Assembly: GCA_030704615.1 (NCBI GenBank)
Contig: CM060731.1
Span: 15,004,001-15,068,000, forward strand
Direction: 5' to 3'
DNA length: 64,000 nt
Source of the DNA: Takakia lepidozioides
Taxonomy: Eukaryota; Plantae; Bryophyta
Below the pieces are notes generated by a model that worked only from the letters and a program-made list of their open reading frames with translations, was not told where the DNA came from and made no database searches. This document shows, one piece after another, positions 38,409 to 51,444 of this stretch. The position numbers were made by a program, and so were the translations under genes. Every line of letters begins with the position of its first letter. Position 1 is the first letter of the stretch.

Positions 38409-38817
38409 TATTAAAAGCAACTTCAGTACCCACTGACAACTACCAAGTATGCACGCACTTGGAAAGACTTTTAAATAATACACAGAACAAATGGTACTTG
38501 GAATACCCAGCAGTATGTATATTAAATGCAACAAGGATCAGTGATCACTGATCCTTACAAGGTCCTTAGGCAAGGACATGCACTCTTCTATAGCTTGGAG
38601 AGACACACTGCACTCACTCAGTCCGCTTTTAAGCTCAGCTAGCCACAGGACAAGAGAGAGTGACCAGACTACAACACCAGCCTTAGTGCTACAGGAACTG
38701 GGCAGGAGCCTCGCTCTCGGGTTCCTGTAGCCGCCCTGATTCAAACTGAGCCTGGCTGTCCCGCGGTGGTGGGTGCAAGCACTTCATGCCGTATAGCCGC
38801 GGTAGCTATTTCTGATA
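38409..38817 (-). repeat. Copia 3' LTR
   Basis: Direct repeat of 43173..43575. Confidence 0.93.
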
Positions 38818-38829
38818 CTCCCACTCGGG

Positions 38830-41800
38830 ATGAAGTGCCTTCTTCTTCGGATTCGATGTGAACTTCGGTAAGGCCAAGCATTGACTTGAGACGTTCGAAG
38901 CGAGGACGTTGTAGTGGCTTGGTTAGTATATCAGCCAACTGGTTGTTTGTATGAACATACTCTAGGCGGATAGTGCCCATGATGTATTCCTCTCGAATCT
39001 TGTGATATTGAACGTCGGATGGCGGCTTGATTGTCGCATAGCAGAGCAGTCGGTCCTCGCTGCGGATAGCCGAGATCGGTGAGAAGCTGGCGCATCCATA
39101 CTATCTCCTTGGTCGCTGTGTATGCGGCAATGTATTCGGCCTCTGTGGTGCTTGTTGCTGTGCATCCCTGCTTCTTGCTACCCCATGCAACGGGCCCACC
39201 ATTTAGCATGAGAACGAAGCCCGTTCTAGACTTCTTGTCATCCAAGTCGCCGGCATAATCAGCATCGATGTAGGCCACCAGCTGGTTGGCGGTGTTGTCG
39301 TTCGGGGCAGAGTATGTGATGCAGACGTCTGAGTGGCCATGAAAATGCTTGGGCAGGCGCTTGGCGCCGTTCACATGTGGTGTCTTGGGATTCTGGACAA
39401 ATTGAGCAATCTTGCTTGTCGCGAAGCTGACATCTAGACGGGTACCTGTGCTTGCAAACAGGACGCTACCAACTACTAGACGGTAGGGAAAACTAGTATT
39501 GACTTCATCATTGGCTGTAGAGAAGTACTCAAGGGTGCTACAGGGGTCAGCTGGCAAAGATATGGGGGCAGCATCTAGAAAGCCATATTTGGAAGAAATT
39601 TGTCGACGTAACGAGACTGATCAATCTGTATAGTGCGACGTGCCCTATCACGTGTTATCCGCAGCCCTACATATATCTCGGGACTGGACGTTGTTATTTT
39701 AAAAGCCTTCCCCATAAATCCGATTATGGTGATGACTCCCATCGTGCAGGTAACGTTACACAGAATACCATCGTCTACAAAGATCATAAGGATCAACCTA
39801 GGGTTTTTGGTGCTAACGTAAACAAACGCATCTGCAGACGTCTGGACTAGACTGTACTTGGTGAGAAAATCATTAAAACGTTGGTTCCAAACTCTACTGG
39901 ACTGTTTTAGACCATATAGAGCTTTCTGCAACTTACAGACTTTGCCTACAGGGAAAAGATCCTCGAAGCTGATCGGAGGAGCCATGTAAATTTCTTCTGT
40001 AATCTCCCCATGCAGAAAAGCTGCAGTGACATCGAACTGGGTCATCTCCAAATCTTCTGCGGCAACGATCGATAGTACAGCACGAATCGAGTTGAATTTA
40101 ACCACAGGACTGAAGGTTTCGTCATAGTCAACCCCTTCTTGTTGTGTAAACCCTTTCGCCACCAGTCTTGCTTTGTATCGCTCGATGCCTCCTTACAGAT
40201 TGTGTTTCAATTTGAACACCCACTTGTTCTTGACGAGGTTTTTTCCGGCTGGGAGATCACAAACCGTCCAAGTGTTGTTCTCGATGAGTGCATTATACTC
40301 AAACTGCATCGCTGCACTCCAATTGCTGGACTGTGGCGAATTCAGTGCTTCTTGCATTGTGAATGGCTCCTGGGGTTCTGCTATAGCTGTGCTCGTGGAC
40401 GTACGCCCAGTCACCATACCTATTGACGGGCTTTCGCTCTCTACCGCTGTATGGACTCAGTGGAGGTGCTGCACCCACTGGTTCAAATGCCTGTGGTATA
40501 CCGTCTGGCTGGACTCCCACTGGCACGATAGCTGGTGATATCTCCTGTGTGCGCTGCACTCCCACTGATTGCAATGCAGGCTGGGATGTGGCTGTACTGA
40601 TGTGGAACTGATGATCGACGGTGGGAAGATAAGGGGACTCCATCGTTAGATCTTCCCACGATGCCAACGTATCGTATGTGGATCCGTCGGGCTGATCAGT
40701 GTAGGCGTCACTCCCAGAATTCAGGTGTGCTACCTGATTGCTATTGCTGTGCTCATCTTGTGAACTGTAGTCACTGCCTGACGAGGTAGATGGAAGATCT
40801 ACCGGAGTTGATATCAGATCGGGGGTGGAGTAGATGACGATTGCTCTTGCGCTGTCTGGTTCACCTTGGACAGCCAGCAGGATGGTGTCATCGCGCTTGC
40901 CTTGTGATTTCCTTCTGTCTTGATCACTGACGACTGTGTTCAATGAGCCCACGTTGAAGATCACATCTCTGCTCTCCATGATTCTGTGTGTGTCGTTATT
41001 CCAGATTCGATAAGTTTTGCTCGTGCTGCTATTCCCCATAAAGATGCCTGGCTTGGCTTTGGGGTCTAGCTTCTTCCGAAGCTTGCGCACGTGAACGTAG
41101 GCATCTGAACCGAAAACCTTCATGTGCGCAACTGACGGCTTGACTCCATGCCAGCTCTCGAAAGGCGTCAGACCAGGTAGTGTACTAGTACCTGTGCGGT
41201 TCAGTGTGTACATGGCAGTAGCGACTGCTTCGCCCCAAAATCGCAGATGAATATCCGCAGAATATATCATGCATCTTGCTGCCTCCACTACGGTTCTGTT
41301 CTCCCTCTCAGCGGATCCATTCTGCTCCAGTGTGTGGGGGCAGGTGAGCTGTACTTCGATGTTCTTGTCTTCCAAGAACTTGTTCACGGCCTTGCATGTG
41401 AACTCGCCACCACGGTCGGATCGTAGTACTCGTATATCGAACCCTGTTTCTCTGTGCAGAGTTGCAGCGAACTTCTTTAAGCAAGAGAAAACATCAGACT
41501 TCTGCTTGATGATGTAGATGGTTCGATAATGCGAGTGGTCATCCTTGAACAACACGAATAAAGACGCTCCAGCTACTGTCTTTTTGTTCATGGGTTCACA
41601 TACATCCGCATGTATGATGCCGCCAACTGTGGCTGCATACACCCGATCTTCCTTCAGCGGAAAGGGTGCGCGATGAATCTTGCCGAGTACGCATCCAACG
41701 CATAAGCTTGGGTGTTGAGTATCGCCGCTCAGCTGCAAACCTTCGACAAGGTTCTGTGAGGCCGCCCTTCTGGGTTTCCATTCCAAAGGTGTTGGCAACG

Positions 41801-43054
41801 TATGCTCCAGGGACTGGGACCATAGTCTCGATAAACAGCTTGTACATAGTACCTTCGACGACTCCAGATATGAGGGTCTCTCCGTCTAGAACGAGCTTGC
41901 ATCCACACTTGGAGTGTACAGTGTCTACGTTTAACAATGCTGCCTTATAGACAGAAAACAAGTTTCTGCCTATGCCTGGTACATGCATGACATTGTTCAA
42001 TACTGCTGGCTCCCACGTCTTGCCGTTGAAAGTGCGTATGCTAATGGTCCCAATACCATACACGAGAAGGTTTATACCACCAATACCTTGTACGTGTCTT
42101 CGTTCTTCAGAGATGTCTTTGTATAGGGTAAACTAATAGCGCTTCTCCGTCATGTGGTCAGTACATCCGCTATCGGCGATCCAAGCATCGCCACTGTCTG
42201 TGGCAACTCCGGCGGATGCCATGTACGCGCGATGGGAGTTCTTGGAATCTGTGCTGGCAGAGCCCTCCGTCGATGTGTTCGATGTCGGCTTCTTGTCTTT
42301 GTCTCCCTCGGTGCACTCGCGAGCCCAGTGTCCAGTCTTACCACACTTCCAACACTCTATATTCTTCTTCTTGTCATTGATGTCCTTGCGGCGCTGCTGT
42401 CTTTCTTTGATACGTCATGTTGGAGCGATCTCCTGCCGACTTCCCTTTGGCGTTTGCGAGAAGGCAGAGGCAGGCGAACTTTGCTGCTCTCGTTCTTGAA
42501 TATCTTTCTGCTGCTCTCCTCCCGAACCAAGCGAATCAGCAGATTGTTGAGCGTCTTCTCAGCTGCTGCGGTACTGTCCCAAGAAGAATGGAAGTAGCTG
42601 TAGCAATTAGGGAGGTTGCCAAGGATTTTGGCGATGACATTTGTATTGGCTATGCTAATATCTCCTAGACGCGCTAGCTGACTCTTTATAACTTCGATTT
42701 TACTAAAGAACGTTGCTATGCTGTCACCTTGCTAAAACTTGCACTGATAGAACTTGACTTGCAGGTCATGGATATTATCGTTTGCTCGCTGATCGTGAAC
42801 TGTCTTGATCAGATCCCACTGATCAGATCAAGAATGGAGTCATCAATGGCTGAGCAAAGTAGTGATATGCCCTGACCGTCTTTCTTATCAACTCTCTCTC
42901 TCGGTGACTTGCGCTGCTGGGGGTTTTGGCACTGTGCCGTCTACGACTCCCATGAGCTCTCCCCTAGAAATAAGGCTCTCATTTGGAAACCCCAAATGTG
43001 GAAGTTCTGACCGTTGAACTTCTTGATGTTGGCAGTTTCGCGGCTAGAATCCAT
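38830..43054 (-). pseudogene. Copia Gag-PR-IN-RT-RH polyprotein, disrupted
   Basis: MDSSRETANIKKFNGQNFHIW; CWKCGKTGHWAREC; WIADSG; RSDRGGEF, QNGSAERENR; KALYGLKQ, FVDD; DADYAG, STTEAEY, ADILTK. Confidence 0.93.
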
Positions 43055-43172
43055 GGTTGGAACTCACTTTACCACAAGCTAAGACTTTACTGTTCAAAAA
43101 GCTGACAAAGATAAAACGCTTTTTCTGACTACTAGCGCAGACAAAGAAACGCTAGAAATAAGGCCCATAACC

Positions 43173-43575
43173 TATTAAAAGCAACTTCAGTACCCACTGA
43201 CAACTACCAAGTATGCACGCACTTGGAAAGACTTTTAATACACAGAACAAATGGTACTTGGAATACCCAGCAGTATGTATATTAAATGCAACAAGGATCA
43301 CTTATCCTTACAAGGTCCTTAGGCAAGGACGTGCACTCTTCTACAGCTTGGAGAGACACACTGCACTCACTCAGTCCGCTTTTAAGCTCAACTAGCCACA
43401 GGACAAGAGAGAGTGACCAGACTACATCACCAACCTTCGTGCTACAGGAACTGGGCAGGAGCCTCGCTCTCATGATGGGTTCCTGTAGCCGCCCTGATTC
43501 AAACTGAGCCTGGCTGTCCCGCGGTGGTGGGTGCAGGCACTTCATGCCGTATAGCCGCGGTAGCTATTTCTGATA
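43173..43575 (-). repeat. Copia 5' LTR
   Basis: Direct repeat of 38409..38817, followed by the PBS. Confidence 0.93.
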
Positions 43576-43699
43576 TGGGCATGAGCCTTCACAATCTGTC
43601 CCAAGTGTTATTGAGTTGTGAGTCATCAATCATTCAACAGAGCTTCATAGAACTACAAGGTGTTGCAAATGACAATTTACAATCTCTCTGTGTGCCTTG

Positions 43700-44077
43700 T
43701 TCATGAGGATCCTCAGACCTGGAGGTCAATTGTGCTCCCCCGCCATTCATTGGTACGCACATCTAATCTACAGGAATTTTGGTACGAGGGTATTCATGTT
43801 GCTTTTGCGTAATACGTTCCAAGTTTCGCCCATCTCCATCACCCTTGTGTCACTCCAATTGCCCGGAAACCGGCGGTCTAACTCACGGGCATACGCCCGC
43901 TTCGCGCCAAAGTGCTGATCAGCCCACTCGATGTGCAAAAGGAACCTCGTTGCGAGTTCGAAGGCTGGCTTCTTCATAGCCTCCCAAAACGCACCGTAGG
44001 GGTCACCATGGCGATTCACCTCCACCGGTGGCACCACGATCTTTGCCAACTCCACGTCCTGTATCGCCAAGGCCATG
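43700..44077 (-). pseudogene. Coding-like fragment, possibly CACTA/Ptta-associated protein
   Basis: MALAIQDVEL..FPGNWSD..W; weak resemblance only. Confidence 0.25.
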
Positions 44078-45092
44078 TTCTTCCCACCCTCTCCCTTCTT
44101 TGTAGCCTCCTTCCCCTGCTCCTTTGTTACCCCACTGCCCTCCCCCGCATGCACACTCACCCCTTCCTCTCCATGGGACTTCTTCTTCTGCTTCTTCTTT
44201 TCCTTCCCCTTCCCCGCTACTCCCTCTCTCTCCTTCTCCCTCTCCCTTCTCTCTCTCTCTCCCCTCTTACAAACTGTCATGTTCTCAGTTTTGAAGCATT
44301 ATTATGCATTGAGTTGGAAGGTGGTCAGTTAGCTTCAGGGCGATGGGACATGTTCAGCATTCCAGGTAATTTATGTTTATGATGGAAGGAACAAAACAGT
44401 CATTGAATTGGAATAGTGCTTGTACAGGATGTACAAGACGGGCTTTAGGCACGTCAATGTACTGGTGTTGCAACTACGGATGTGGTAACAGAAGCAGGTC
44501 GCCAGCAGGCATCAGTGTCGCATAGTGAACTCCCAAAGAAGGAGAGGGTACCCCCAAGGGTTGAAGAGATTGCAAACTGTATCTCAAATTAGCTTGGAGT
44601 GGGGTCATGCATGAACTGCAGTCAAGTCCGAAGTCTTGGGACTTCTCTGTTCTCAGGCCACATGAAAACATGCAAGTCCTACCTCCCAAGACCGGAATGC
44701 ACTTCGGCCTCACTGCACCTGTGCTTCACGAGATATTCCTTCACTGGTACCGGATCTCGGTGCACATTGCTCAAGTGGAAGTGGAACTACACATTTTTGT
44801 TGTCATATCCTTGTGTCATGATCCTTGCTTCCAAGACTCGAGTGTTGAGGCCAGATTATGTTCAATCAGTTTCGGTTTGCTTCTCACACCTATTGGAGTG
44901 TTGATCTTGGTTGTACATCTTTAGTTCCATCAGATGAAAGAATGGTACCTTGCTTTCAATGTTGAACGAAGCATCTTAAGAAAACATTCATGGAATGACA
45001 GAAATCTCAAGGAATCTTGTGGTTCATGGGTCCACTGCAACGCTTGCTTTAGGTGATAACTTTGTTTGTCTTGCTCTCTCATAAGGTCAAAG

Positions 45093-46067
45093 GAGTACGG
45101 ATCTGCTATATGGGTTGATAACTCCAACCAGGCTAAGTCTCTAGAATCCATTCAAGTGGGGGTGCTTAAGGAGTGTATGTCAGCATGCTCCAAAACAGCC
45201 AATGTGGCTGTTCGGGGTGAGTTTGGCATTCCGTCCTTAAGCTCCCGACGAGATGAATTCAAGGTCAGATGGTGGGGTCAGCTGCAACATATGCCCAACA
45301 CCAGATATCCTAAATTAATCGACTCTATATCTTGGAAACAGGACCGCCCTGTCAAACAGGCTAAGTCCTGGCAGAAGAGAGTAGAAGAGATCCTCAAGGA
45401 CCTGGACCTGGATCCGCAAGTCTTGACCCTGCTGGATAAATCTGACTTAGAGGCTGTAGTGTCCTCAGCCATGTCTGTTGCCATGAGATTGTCTGATGAA
45501 AATGAAGTTAGGCAGAAAACTTCCCTGAACTTGTTTCCAGTCTGTGACATGGGGGAGGACATCTTGGATGACCTCAAGGGTCTACCCACTCTCGGCACTA
45601 GACTGAAATTTAAACTCAGGGCAGGAAGCCTACCTTTGAACAGCAAACAGAAGCAGAGAGGAAAGGGAGAGTGCAATTGCCTGTTGTGTGGGCAATCTGA
45701 AGACAGTATTCATTTTCTGATACACTGTCCGGGGTTCTCTCACCAAAGAGACGCTCTCTTCAAATCTATTAAGGGAATTGTGCCTGTACCCCTGTTTACC
45801 AACTTTGAAAGTCTCGAGGCTGAGCCAAAAGCCCAGGCCCTCCTGAGGCCTAGTTTTTGGGCAAATCACACACAGCAGATTGATGCTTGTGTGAAGGGAT
45901 TTCTAGAGGATATCTGGAAAACCCGGATTAATTCTTTATATGGAGGTAAGTCTTACTACCAACGTCAGCCCCTGACAGAGGTAGGTTCTGTCCCTTTTGT
46001 TCCCGCTCAAACTGGGCGCAGGGTCAATGGCCACAAGGCTACGGCAAACAACGTCTTATGAGTACAA
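45093..46067 (+). mobile_element. 5'-truncated non-LTR retrotransposon (ORF2 C-terminus, probably RTEX-like)
   Basis: 16-bp TSD TCTCATAAGGTCAAAG (45077-45092, 46068-46083); open frame with YGSAIW..LESIQ, AVRGEFG and zinc finger CLLCGQSEDSIHFLIHCP. Confidence 0.85.
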
Positions 46068-47905
46068 TCTCATAAGGTCAAAGAGCAGTAAAGAGATATG
46101 GTGAATTGTGAACAAACACCAACACCACTGCATGTCATAGCATTTTTCCTAGATCTTGCAGTGGATCAGGGGTAATGGCTTTCGAGAAATCCATCAAACT
46201 CCTCAAAGTGGAGCTCACCAACCGTCATGGGTGTCTCAACATAGCTCTCCACCTTCCAGGGAACAACAATTTTTTCCTGTAAAGCTATAACAATATATCT
46301 GTAGCAGGTCAGTGTTTGGTCTCCAGTGGTGTTGATGTGATTGTGGACCAGCTCTTTTACAAACTGATCCATGAAGCTGCCTGCTGGACCTGGCGGGGAT
46401 CAGAAATCATCATCACTGGTATTACCGTCAATGTCATTGTTATATATGCCGTCAATGTCCAAAAGGTCCTCATCCGCTTCGTCAAGATCCTACATAACAA
46501 ATCAACAAAAGCTTGTTGCAGTCATTACAAAGGCTACTACACCAGATTCCATCAAAACTGTGAAGAGAAGGAAACAAATTAGTCTCTTTATCTCTTGATC
46601 CTTAAACCCCCCCACACAGAAGATGAGCTCTGGTGTATTCTTCACATACTGATGAAGAAAAGAACTAGACCAAAGTTAAACCCCCTCTATAGAGGAGATC
46701 TTCTCTTCCCCCACTGATCCCGTGTGCTGAGCTACGTCAGGGTCTGCATCACTTCCCTGGGTGCTGGGTCTCTTGCTGAGTCTCAGCGAAGAAATGTCTG
46801 GTGTACTCTTGTTGACGATACTCAACCTACTTCCACTCCAATTCAAAGGCCTCCTCTGCTAACACCATAGTTGCCAACTAGTGACTGTGTGCTCTTCAAG
46901 TCTGATTGGTACTCACCATGTCAGCAGTGTAGAGTCTCCAGAAGGGATTGACAGTAAGAGAAATGACTCAGTTGGGCTGCTTGGGATCCGAAATTTGTGC
47001 TAGAAAGGAGATAGTCAACAAAATAATGTCAAGAAAACTTACTTAGGGAGAACTTGTGTAAGTTCCATACTGGGAGTATTAGAATGTGGCAAGGACTAGG
47101 CCAGTGCAGGTCTTCGGTAGCCCGAGATGGTGAACCACCACTGCACAATCTCTCTCTCTCTATATATATATATATATACATTCGATTACCCCACAGGAGT
47201 TGGGGATGATGTCATTCTTTGTTCTTACAAAAGAGTTTTTCAACAACTTTCAGGACAGATGAGAACCGAGTAGTTAGTCAGTCTGACTGGCTGAGATGCA
47301 TACAGACGTAGTTCATAGGCTCACTGTGTCCTCAGAGGAATTCCCTGGTACTTCCATCAACACTTCTTAATTATCTCTTTTGAAGTACATGTTGAATTGT
47401 CAGGGCCACCTGACGAGATGGTGAGGAAGTTTGTGATCAACCCCATGCTTTCTCCCCTTTACTTGGTGAGCAAGCAGAAGTCTTGTTCCAACAAGTTGGA
47501 ACAAAGGCTCAGTACTCTTAGCTTAATTCATTTAGCCAGGTCAACAAATAAAGGGGTGGGAGGATAACTTATTGAGCAATCAAGAAGTCCGGCAAGCTGC
47601 TGTTCTGACCAATTTTTATTAGTGGCGGGTAACACCCACCATTTGGAGAAATCCATGCAGATTCCTTGGTGGAGTCGAAATAAAGAAAAGACTTTTGGCT
47701 CTGATATGACATTTTGGTACCATAGCCTGGAGGGTGCAACTGAAGTGCTGAGATTGTTCCTTGACCCTGGGTCCATCTCACACAGATGCTAATGATAGAA
47801 TACTTAAGGATCCAGCTCTGGTCTTGGTCACAACAGCTCAGTCACAAGAAACAAGGTATTCTTATGTTGTCAGTTGATGTTACAAAAATAGAAGTTTAGG
47901 CTCAC

Positions 47906-50900
47906 CTTGGGGAAAGCATTGTCACTGCTGCTACTGCCGAATGCGTCCAAGTCTTTCTGCATTCTAGACTTTGATGCACCCCCATTGTGCCAATTCCAGA
48001 AGTTGGTTCCTTCCCCTTCATACTCTTCTGAGCTTTCCATATTCACAACTGCATCATCAGCCACCTCCTCTCCTCGCAGGGTGCACAGCTCCTGTTCCCG
48101 CAGGTCAAACCAATCACAGATTTGTTCATGTTTTCCATTATTTTCGTGACTAATTTGCATGTGGTGTCGAATAGCCCAACCAATCCACTGAAGGACTGTA
48201 TAAAGGAATATATGACAACAAACCGATCACAACCAGCATCATAATCAGCTTCTCTAGAACTTTCCTCCATGAATGTAGGAAATGAGCTCCAGAAATTTTC
48301 TGTACCCGTCTAGAAATTTTGAATCCCACAGGCTCTGATGACCAGTGGTAATACTAAACTCTCATCCAACAAAACCGTCACTTTTTTCCCAAGCCAGAGA
48401 TGGTACAAACCTTGCCCATCCTAGACTTAATTCTTGGATGTGGAGTTCTCTGAGGTTGTCCATCATAGGAAGGGTAAGATCAAGTAGCAATGGACCTCAT
48501 TGTGTAACCGACGTTGCAAGCGGCGCATGCGGCGGTCTGTTTCATCCAGCTTTTCTTGTTCATCTCGGCTATGGCTTTCCATCTGACTCTCGAGCCACTG
48601 CAAGTTTCTCAGTTTCTCCACATATACCTAAAACAAACCATGCAAATCCTTCTGCAGCACTTCATACTCATCCATGTACGCTGGCCTGAACATCAAAGGA
48701 TCTTTGTTTGTGCCACTTCCAGACATGGATGTGGAGAGGTTTGCTACACCTTTTTGGCCTTGAAAAAGTAAAAGATAGGATCCTCACACCATGAGCACTA
48801 ATGGCATGTTGAACCAGCTCGGTCAGTATGTGGAACTCCCAAACATTTCCTAATCTTCATATTGGTTTCATCCCTCCAGGACTCCTAACCCTTGTTTTGG
48901 GTCAGGGGCATCCAGCACATCTTTCTATAAGGCGGTCTAGAAATGCTCGGGGCAGGGTGTTTTGTTTGTTTGTTTGTTATTTTCCCTTTCTTGTTTCTTT
49001 CTTTCTTTCTTTCCCATAAGCTCTATGAGCTTTCCGCGGACGTTATAAAGCACCATTTCATTTTCATTTCATTTCTCGTCCCATAGGCTCTTTGAGCTTC
49101 CCTGGATCTTATAAAGTACCATTTCATTTCATTTCATTTATATCTCATCTCTTTGTTTACTAGTTTGTGCATAGGCCCTTGGGGCCTCCAGTGGACATAA
49201 TATATGTGTCTTCGTCATCTTTTCCCTCCCCTGGACTTCCCAAAGGGTATTTGTTTCTTTTTATTCTAATTTACCAGTAGGCCATTAGAGCTTTTCTCTC
49301 TATCTCACAAGGTCTTCCCATGGTCATTATCCCTATAGAGTTACATAGACCTGGTGCGGAACAAACTACTTAAAGTCTTCTGTCGCTCCAACAAACCTGA
49401 CACTTTGGAGAGTAGAGAGGCATTTTTCACTGTGCTCCAGTTCAAACTTCCGTTTCTCATACTTAGCACGCAGGGCCTTCTCGTCTCTCTCCACAGAACT
49501 CTGTTCCTGTTCTGCGGATGCAATTCTCTCTTGTACTGCACTGATGGCATCTCTCATGCTGTGCTCTATTTCATCCATGTCAGTGTTCATCATGGTTGCT
49601 CTCCATCTTGCTTCCTATCCAATAAAAATTAGCACAAGTTGGACAGCAAAAACTAGACGGTTGTGGATCTCATGTTAATTTGGAAAGAGCGGTGTCCTGT
49701 CTTTCTCATGATGTTGATTAACTAATACTGCACTCTGAGACCCACTATACTTCAGGCTGCATACCCTTTGTAGGCTCATTTTACTACACAGAGGAAATCG
49801 GAAGGGGTACCATGACAGACCTGGAGTTCAGGCTCTGTCTCAAGAACATCATAGAGTGCCGCCCACATTTTGTAATCTCGCTAACAAGCACTCTGGTGGC
49901 CTTCACATCAAATGCTTTTATTGCTGGACCAAGCTCGGCATTGTCACTCTGTCCCCCCACCATCCAATATTCAAACCTCCCTGAATTACTGCCCTTCCCC
50001 GACTTCCCTCCCCCGGAGACTGAAAGGGAAAAGGTCAACTATGTAGAGAAATAGGAAGGAAAGGAAGACAAAAAAAAAACTTTAGAGCACAACATATCTA
50101 GTACCACAAAGCAGCTGATGGACAATGGTATCTCTCACAAAGACATTCATATTGCCTGTCTGACAGAAACCCTTACAAGTCATTAAGAAATCTCCTGTTG
50201 CAACAAATCCAATTTAATAATAAATTCCAGTCATTCTCATTGACTTGATAGAACCCTCAAAATATGGCTCTGCCATTGCTCTCTGACAGTCCATGATCCC
50301 CCTTCGCCAGATTCAGCTTCACTTTTAAACCACAGACAATAGAAGCTGCCGAGGTGGACAGGTAGAAGCATGTCATGCTAAAAGACCCCAAACTTCAATG
50401 AGCTAAAAGGGGAGTGTATTCACCTCATCAACAGTGGCAGCATTTGTTGCCAGCTGTAGAAGTGTTGCTATTTTCAGAAGTTCCTTCACAGCATACCCGT
50501 CTGCGGAATACAAGCGCTTTTGGTTCAACCTAATTCTGGCCCTTGCAAGCTGCATATTAACCAAATGTCAGTTGTGGACCTCTAACCAAGTGCCTGGCAG
50601 CCGACCTGCATGAGAGACTGTCTTTGGGCTGTGTTTGATGTTTTCTGAAGTGGTTTCTTGTTGTTCTACTTTGTCCCAGGTCCTCTGGGGTCTGGGGACA
50701 TTTCTAAGAGTTTTTTTCCTTCTTCTTTCTCTCCCTTCTTGTCACAGTTTTGTAAATCTGAAACCCTGTTCTTTGGTAGAAAGGTGGAACACTTCATTGA
50801 GGTTATACCAGTTAGTAACATCATATATGAAGGACATATATTCAAAACCCTTCACAGTTAAGAACTTGAAGAGGGGTGTGCTTATCGGAGGGAAAGGCAG

Positions 50901-51444
50901 TACCATAATCTGTATAGCACTTTTCAAAAAGGCTACGCGGTGGCTCTCAGTTGTGATAGATGTGTCCAGTTCCACTGTCGGGTCATATCTGCTCTCATCC
51001 AACAATGGACCGTGTTGCACACCCACTCAATTTGCCAGACGATGGTAAAGTCAGACACAGTTTGGACTGCCACAGCCCCCTATCACCGTCTGCTGGAACT
51101 TACACATTCTGCTATGTAACAGTCCTCCCTGAACATCCCTAATAGTTTAATTTTCTGAATTTGTAATGTGCATTTATGTTTGAACTTCTGCCTGGAAGGC
51201 TTAGTGTGTGCTTGTGCTGCTGCATTTTGGAATCGAGGGCAAATAAGAGACGTATTTGTAGGAACTGGAACCAGAGAGAGAGAGACACACGCACAGAATT
51301 TAAAAATGTCCACGGGGAGCCCAAAGGCCAGAGAAGTTCACCTGAGGATGAGGCAATCAGCAACCAGTTCAAAGTTGGGGGCGCGGAAGCTATCCATCGA
51401 TATCGTGCGAGGGTACCCTAGCGCCTTCATCAGCGCTCCAAACT
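47906..51444 (-). pseudogene. CLUAP1: Clusterin-associated protein 1 / IFT38, spliced, apparently pseudogenised
   Basis: Exons 51444-51342 (LMKALGYPRTISMDSFRAPNFELVA), 50988-50904, 50549-50424 (KRLYSADGYAVKELLKIA), 49948-49821, 49614-49397 (KRKFELE..LQSVR), 48685-48509 (PAYMDEYE), ~48103-47906; TAG at 48628-48630 and a 1-bp frameshift near 49860. Confidence 0.85.

Larger units (their letters stand above)
38409..43575 (-). mobile_element. Full-length Ty1/Copia LTR retrotransposon
   Basis: LTRs 38409..38817 and 43173..43575; perfect TSD TGGGC; PBS GGTTATGGGCCT (43172..43161); PPT GAGTGGGAG. Confidence 0.95.

Noticed and set aside
48628-48630. Stop codon removed by U-to-C RNA editing
   Set aside because: Such editing is organellar; this is a spliceosomal nuclear gene with other lesions
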